From: Nemertoderma westbladi
Lineage: Eukaryota > Animalia > Xenacoelomorpha
Assembly: GCA_032718475.1 (NCBI GenBank)
Contig: JAUCBJ010002178.1
Span: 38,219-102,218 of the forward strand
Direction: 5' to 3'
Length of the DNA stretch: 64,000 bases
Shown here one piece after another: positions 59,505-64,000 of this stretch; the stretch's first letter is position 1, and each line of letters opens with the position of its first letter. The notes under the pieces were generated by a model, which was not told where the DNA came from, did no database searches, and saw only the letters and a program-made list of their open reading frames with translations. A program made the translations under genes and the position numbers.

Positions 59505-61720
59505 TTCCCACTATTAGGGCCACCTTTTAAAAGTCCAATGGCCCTTAAATGCCTTGGGCTTGGAGCAATGGCCCGAATCCTACTACGATGGCCCAAAAGG
59601 TACACGTCCTCTTAGGGCAAATATGGCCCACCTAGAACAAAATGGCCCAATCTAGGCATAATGCCCCAAAATAAACAATTACAAGGAAATTGCCTTTAGT
59701 TCTTATGAATTTAACTTGCACCCCTAGCGGTAAACAATAGTATTTATTATCAATTTAATTCTACAGCCAAAAATGCCTTTGCAGATATTTTAAAAAATAT
59801 ATATATCTACAATAACGCATACAATTCACTTTTGTGTAATTTCTGATTATGAGTTGTACAATAAGTAGTTTTTAGACGATTTTAAGTCTTTCGTTATAGA
59901 TAATTATTATCACTTATGACCGACAGTCAAAAACGCGGATGTGATTTCTCGAGTTAATGGCGCAAAGTGACCGGAAACACAAAATATGTGTTTTTTAGAT
60001 GATTTAAAAAATTAATTTATTTAAATTTCAAACATTAGTGGCGGTGTTTTCTACCCAAAACAATAAACAATACCTTTTCACTAATGGTCAATTTGCGCCA
60101 CTATTTGGATGTCTCAGCCGTTTGAAGATCGAAATTTGTGCAAAACAAAATATGTTAAATTGTAAATAACAATACTGTAAATAACAACAGGTTTTAATAA
60201 ATTCTCACTGACAAGCGATTAAAATTTGTGCTTTTTTAAGAAATAATGTATGACCGTTCGGTACCTCTAGGAAGGATAACTTATCACTATTTCGCGTACT
60301 ATACACTTCATTATTAACATTTTGTCATTGGTGGGGGATTAGTTTATAGACTAGCCTAAATACATCTTACGACCCCTACGAATTCCATCCCCCACCAGTA
60401 ATTCATATATTGGAGACATAAATGTAGACGTTTTGCCTCTTACCCTAATGTAACAATTATCTATAGGCCTATTAAATATAATGTGCATTTTATCCCGTAT
60501 TAATTAAATCTAATAACTATTTACATCATTGTGTGCAAAGTAGCACTTCGCAGCGTTATGACCCGAGTTTATTTATGTACCGAGCGAGCGCAGCGAGGGA
60601 GGTTTACATCAATAAACAAGGGTCTTTAACGCTGAAAAGTGACCTTTGCAAGCAATGATGTATGTAATTTTGTTACATTATGTCAACTTATCAGCGTTCG
60701 GTTTGTGAAGAAAGGATTTTATGGTTGCTCATTTATACATTTTAATCATGTACTATATCGAATATAAGTGAAATTTATTAACAGGTACACTGGTACACAG
60801 TATTAATTATACATTTAAATTAATTAAAGTTTATTGGAAGTTATCTCCTGCTTGGATGTGATAAATCATTAATCCATCTTGACTATAGTCGACTGAAGCA
60901 AACTTATTCACCGTCTGTGTCCGTTCAGTTTTACTGAACACTGTCGTCACTTTCTTTGGTTAATTTAGTGTCTTCTATTGGACGTTTCGCCATAATAGAT
61001 TACAGTACATGTTAAACAATTATTTACATCCAGTAGCTAGTCCCGTCACTGCAAATTGGATAATAAAGCTGCAATCATTAACATAAATGGAAATAATACA
61101 TTCTGGAATACGGTAATTGAAGTTGTTTCCATGTCATTGATTACTTTGCAACGTTCCGTCCTATAGGCCGCAACGCTGCAAAGTAGTACTTTGCAGCGTT
61201 ATGAGTAATTCACCAGAACGCTGTTAAGTTGACATAATGTAACAAAACATATTGTAACAAACATTTTATTTTTTTATTTTTAGATAATCTAAATAATATT
61301 TGTCATTTGGGTGGCTCCAAGGGGACATTGTCTTGTAAGAACCCTTATATTTTTTAGTGGCCCTTTATGAACAGTGACTAATTAAGGCCATTTCGAACTT
61401 TTAGCTCAAATGGAACATGGTCTTGCATGGGCCATTGCCTTTTCAAAGGCGTTTGATACAAATTAGCTAATATCGGGCCACATTATAGTTGAGTGGCTCC
61501 AAGCGACACTATCCAATATGGGCCATTTCAGATTTGAATGGCTTTAAGGGAAAATTGCCTAATATATATGAAATATATTTCATATTTAAGTGGCTCTAAT
61601 GGACAATGTCTTGTAAGAGCCATTTCATTTTTTGGTGGCCCGTTATGAACAGTGTCCAATAGAGGTCATTTTGAATTTTAGTGGCTCCAATGGAATATTG
61701 TATTGCATGGGACAATCCTC
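59505..61720. repeat. Degenerate short-period GGCCC/GGGCC-rich arrays at 59505-59700 and 61305-61720, in roughly opposed orientation
   Basis: atggccc recurs on the left, and ggccatt / gtggctccaa on the right. 61305-61430 is duplicated at 61585-61715. Confidence 0.45.
60522..61247. mobile_element. Non-autonomous element with terminal hairpin plus subterminal inverted repeats (Crypton-like, tentative)
   Basis: Hairpin 60522-60662 around ccgagcgagcgcagcgagg. IR ttttgttacattatgtcaactta.cagcgtt (60668-60698) pairs with 61217-61247. Palindrome aacgctgcaaagta-g-tactttgcagcgtt at 61172-61200. Confidence 0.65.
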
Positions 61721-62061
61721 TTTATAGGTTTTTATAAATATATTCAAATTAAATTAAACAGTATTAGATAAAGCGGTTTTTTTGTGAGAGACATCCAGAA
61801 GTCCAATTTTACTTTCGAAAAATAGCTTTTATCATGAGGTTTTTATTCTAGAACATTTAACATTTTGACAGTAAGATTGTAGCTAGAAATTTTGAAAAAC
61901 AACAATAAAACAACAAATAATAAACAACAACAATAAAAATTTAAAATTTAAAAAAAAATTCTTGTTGAAATTACTTTAATCATTGCTTTTATTATTTATT
62001 AGCTACCATAAATTTTACTAGATATCATGATAATTTAATTGAAAAATTTCAAAAATTTTAA

Positions 62062-63775
62062 GACCGCGTTTACACTACCGAGTCAAAGTCAAGGTCAAAT
62101 TCAAAAGAAAATAAATATAGCTAGCTAGCAATAATAAATAATAATACATTATATAGGCCTAATATAATACATAAGTGCATTCTAGAAAAAATTAATTTCA
62201 TGTGATATGTTTTACATTTTGTCTTTTAAAACCCTATTAGTACCGGGTTATAAAATGCTGTACAAATACCGGGGTGGGGGGGGGGGGGGGGGGGTCATAT
62301 TGACCCCTCCCTCTAAAATATACAAATATTAACGAAAACGTCTAAATTTACTGGGGTGGTAATATTGCAGCACCAAAATTACAAGTAGTGCACAATTTTC
62401 ACAAAATTTGAAAGTTACATTTTTCGGCTAATTGTTTTTCAAAATAGGTTTTCTGGGGCGCAAATAATACATTGGAAAATATTTAAAAATGATATGATTA
62501 CCATAAATGGCTGTTTAGTCCTCTCTGCGTAGGAAAAAAATGAAAAAACAAGTAACCAGCACTTTTCAGTTAGAACACAAAATTTTTAATTCACTTATAT
62601 GATGCTATAAATTCACATTTTCAGGTTTTCTAGGGCGCTGATTCTAATGGAATACATTTCAAATATGCCAGATCATTGCTACTTGTATTTTTCGGCGTAA
62701 TTTGACAAATTTTGGTGCTAGCACCAAATTTCGTACCCATCACCAAAAAGTACAAGTTTGCGAGGTCCAGTGCTGTTTTTATTGATTCTATCGGATTCAG
62801 GACCCTCATAAACCCGTATAACGCAAGAAACAAGATGATACTATCTACTGATCAATTTACTCATTTTCCAAAATTTGGTGCTGGCACAATAATTTTCACC
62901 CACCGGCGAAAAATACAAGTTTGAAAACTCTTATGAAATTTTTACTGTTTCCATTGAATTCAGAACCCTAACAAACCCGTATAACGCAAGAAACAAGATG
63001 GCACAATCAATTGATATATTTGATGGTTTTCAAAATTTGGTGCTAGTCTACCACATTTTGCACCCACTTCCGAAAAATACAAGTTTGAGATGTCTAGTTC
63101 GATAATTATATATTCCATTGAATTCAAAACAGCCATAAACCTCTAAAATGCAAGAAATAAATTGTCACAAGCAATTTTATCTATTGAATGGATTTTCAAA
63201 ATTTCGTGCTAGCACCAAAATTTGCACACAGCACCGAAAAATACAAGTTTGATACGCTTGGTGCAACTCGTATATATTTAATCGAAACCAGAACCCCAAA
63301 AAACCCCAATTGCGTAAAAAAAAAGTTTCAAACAATCAATTTACAAAATTGACATATTTCAAAATTTGGTGCTGGCACCAAAATTTGGCACCCGCCGAAA
63401 AAAACAAGTTTGAAATTTTTAAATCAATTTATATGAATTCCATCCAATTGCTAAGACCAAAAAACCGGTGTAAATAAAAAATAGAGATGTTACAATTCAT
63501 ATTTAATGAAATGTAATTTTCAAAAAACGTTTAAAAAAAAGTGCCAAAAGTAGGGTTAAAAAATGGTGCTATAACTCGAAAACTACCCAATATTTTTGAA
63601 AACGGTTTTCACTACTAGGAATACAATAGATTTTTAGGAAAAGTCATCAAATTTCAGATTCCCAACTGCGTTTGTTTCAGAATTATAATAAAAAAACCAC
63701 GTGTCATATTGGCCCCCTCCACCCCAGGTTTAATAGGGTTAACTTTGACTTTGACTCAGTAGTGTGAACCCGGCC
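62062..63775. mobile_element. PIF/Harbinger-like MITE (TAA TSD) hosting a piggyBac-like insertion
   Basis: TAA|GACCGCGTTTACACTACCGAGTCAAAGTCAA ... TTGACTTTGACTCAGTAGTGTGAACCCGGCC|TAA. Confidence 0.8.
62232..63738 (+). mobile_element. piggyBac-like non-autonomous element with internal ~175-bp repeats
   Basis: CCCTATTAGTACC ... GGTTTAATAGGG|TTAA (left flank TTAAAA, imperfect). Internal repeats aaatttggtgct.gcacca and ccattgaattca. Other copies at 13082-14110 and 56438. Confidence 0.85.
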
Positions 63776-64000
63776 TAAAAAGTTATTTTATTCATTTTAT
63801 ATACGTATTATATCCATCCCGTTCTTTTTAAATACTAACCAGGCCTTTGTCTAAAAAAATATTTGTTCTAGAACATTAATTTTTTCAAAATATAATGGCT
63901 AAATTTCAAAAAAAAGAAATTATAAAAAACTAGCTAGTATATATAATTTGGTGAGGGGTGTATGCATACTGAACCAGTACCCACTATTTTACAGTCAAAA

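Noticed and set aside
63960-64000. Candidate upstream exon of the lectin gene ending at a GTATGC donor
   Set aside because: The open frame ends in phase 0 while phase 1 is required, and the sequence is cut by the window edge.

Overview
AT-rich animal (probably invertebrate) nuclear DNA, mostly nested transposable elements, with one spliced host gene on the minus strand that the ORF track largely misses. Three phase-compatible exons (57355-57197, 52985-52747, 19894-19688) join into a thrombospondin-type-1-like module followed by a complete F-type lectin (fucolectin) domain. The lectin domain is split by a ~32.9-kb intron. That intron holds a young full-length BEL/Pao LTR element (25080-32949) inside an older BEL, plus a CRE-type LINE, an L2 and several foldback/MITE DNA transposons. 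The last 13 codon positions of the gene, including its stop, have been amplified into a 39/42-bp minisatellite in the 3' UTR. The rest of the window holds a Gypsy relic with three nested insertions, RTE and CR1 LINEs, non-autonomous DNA elements of piggyBac-, Mutator-, Harbinger-, Kolobok- and Crypton-like type, minisatellites, and many TA-CAG/CTG-TA sequences that look like Tc1/mariner excision scars. All calls were made by eye without database searches. Family names for non-coding elements are tentative, and the 5' end of the host gene was not found.
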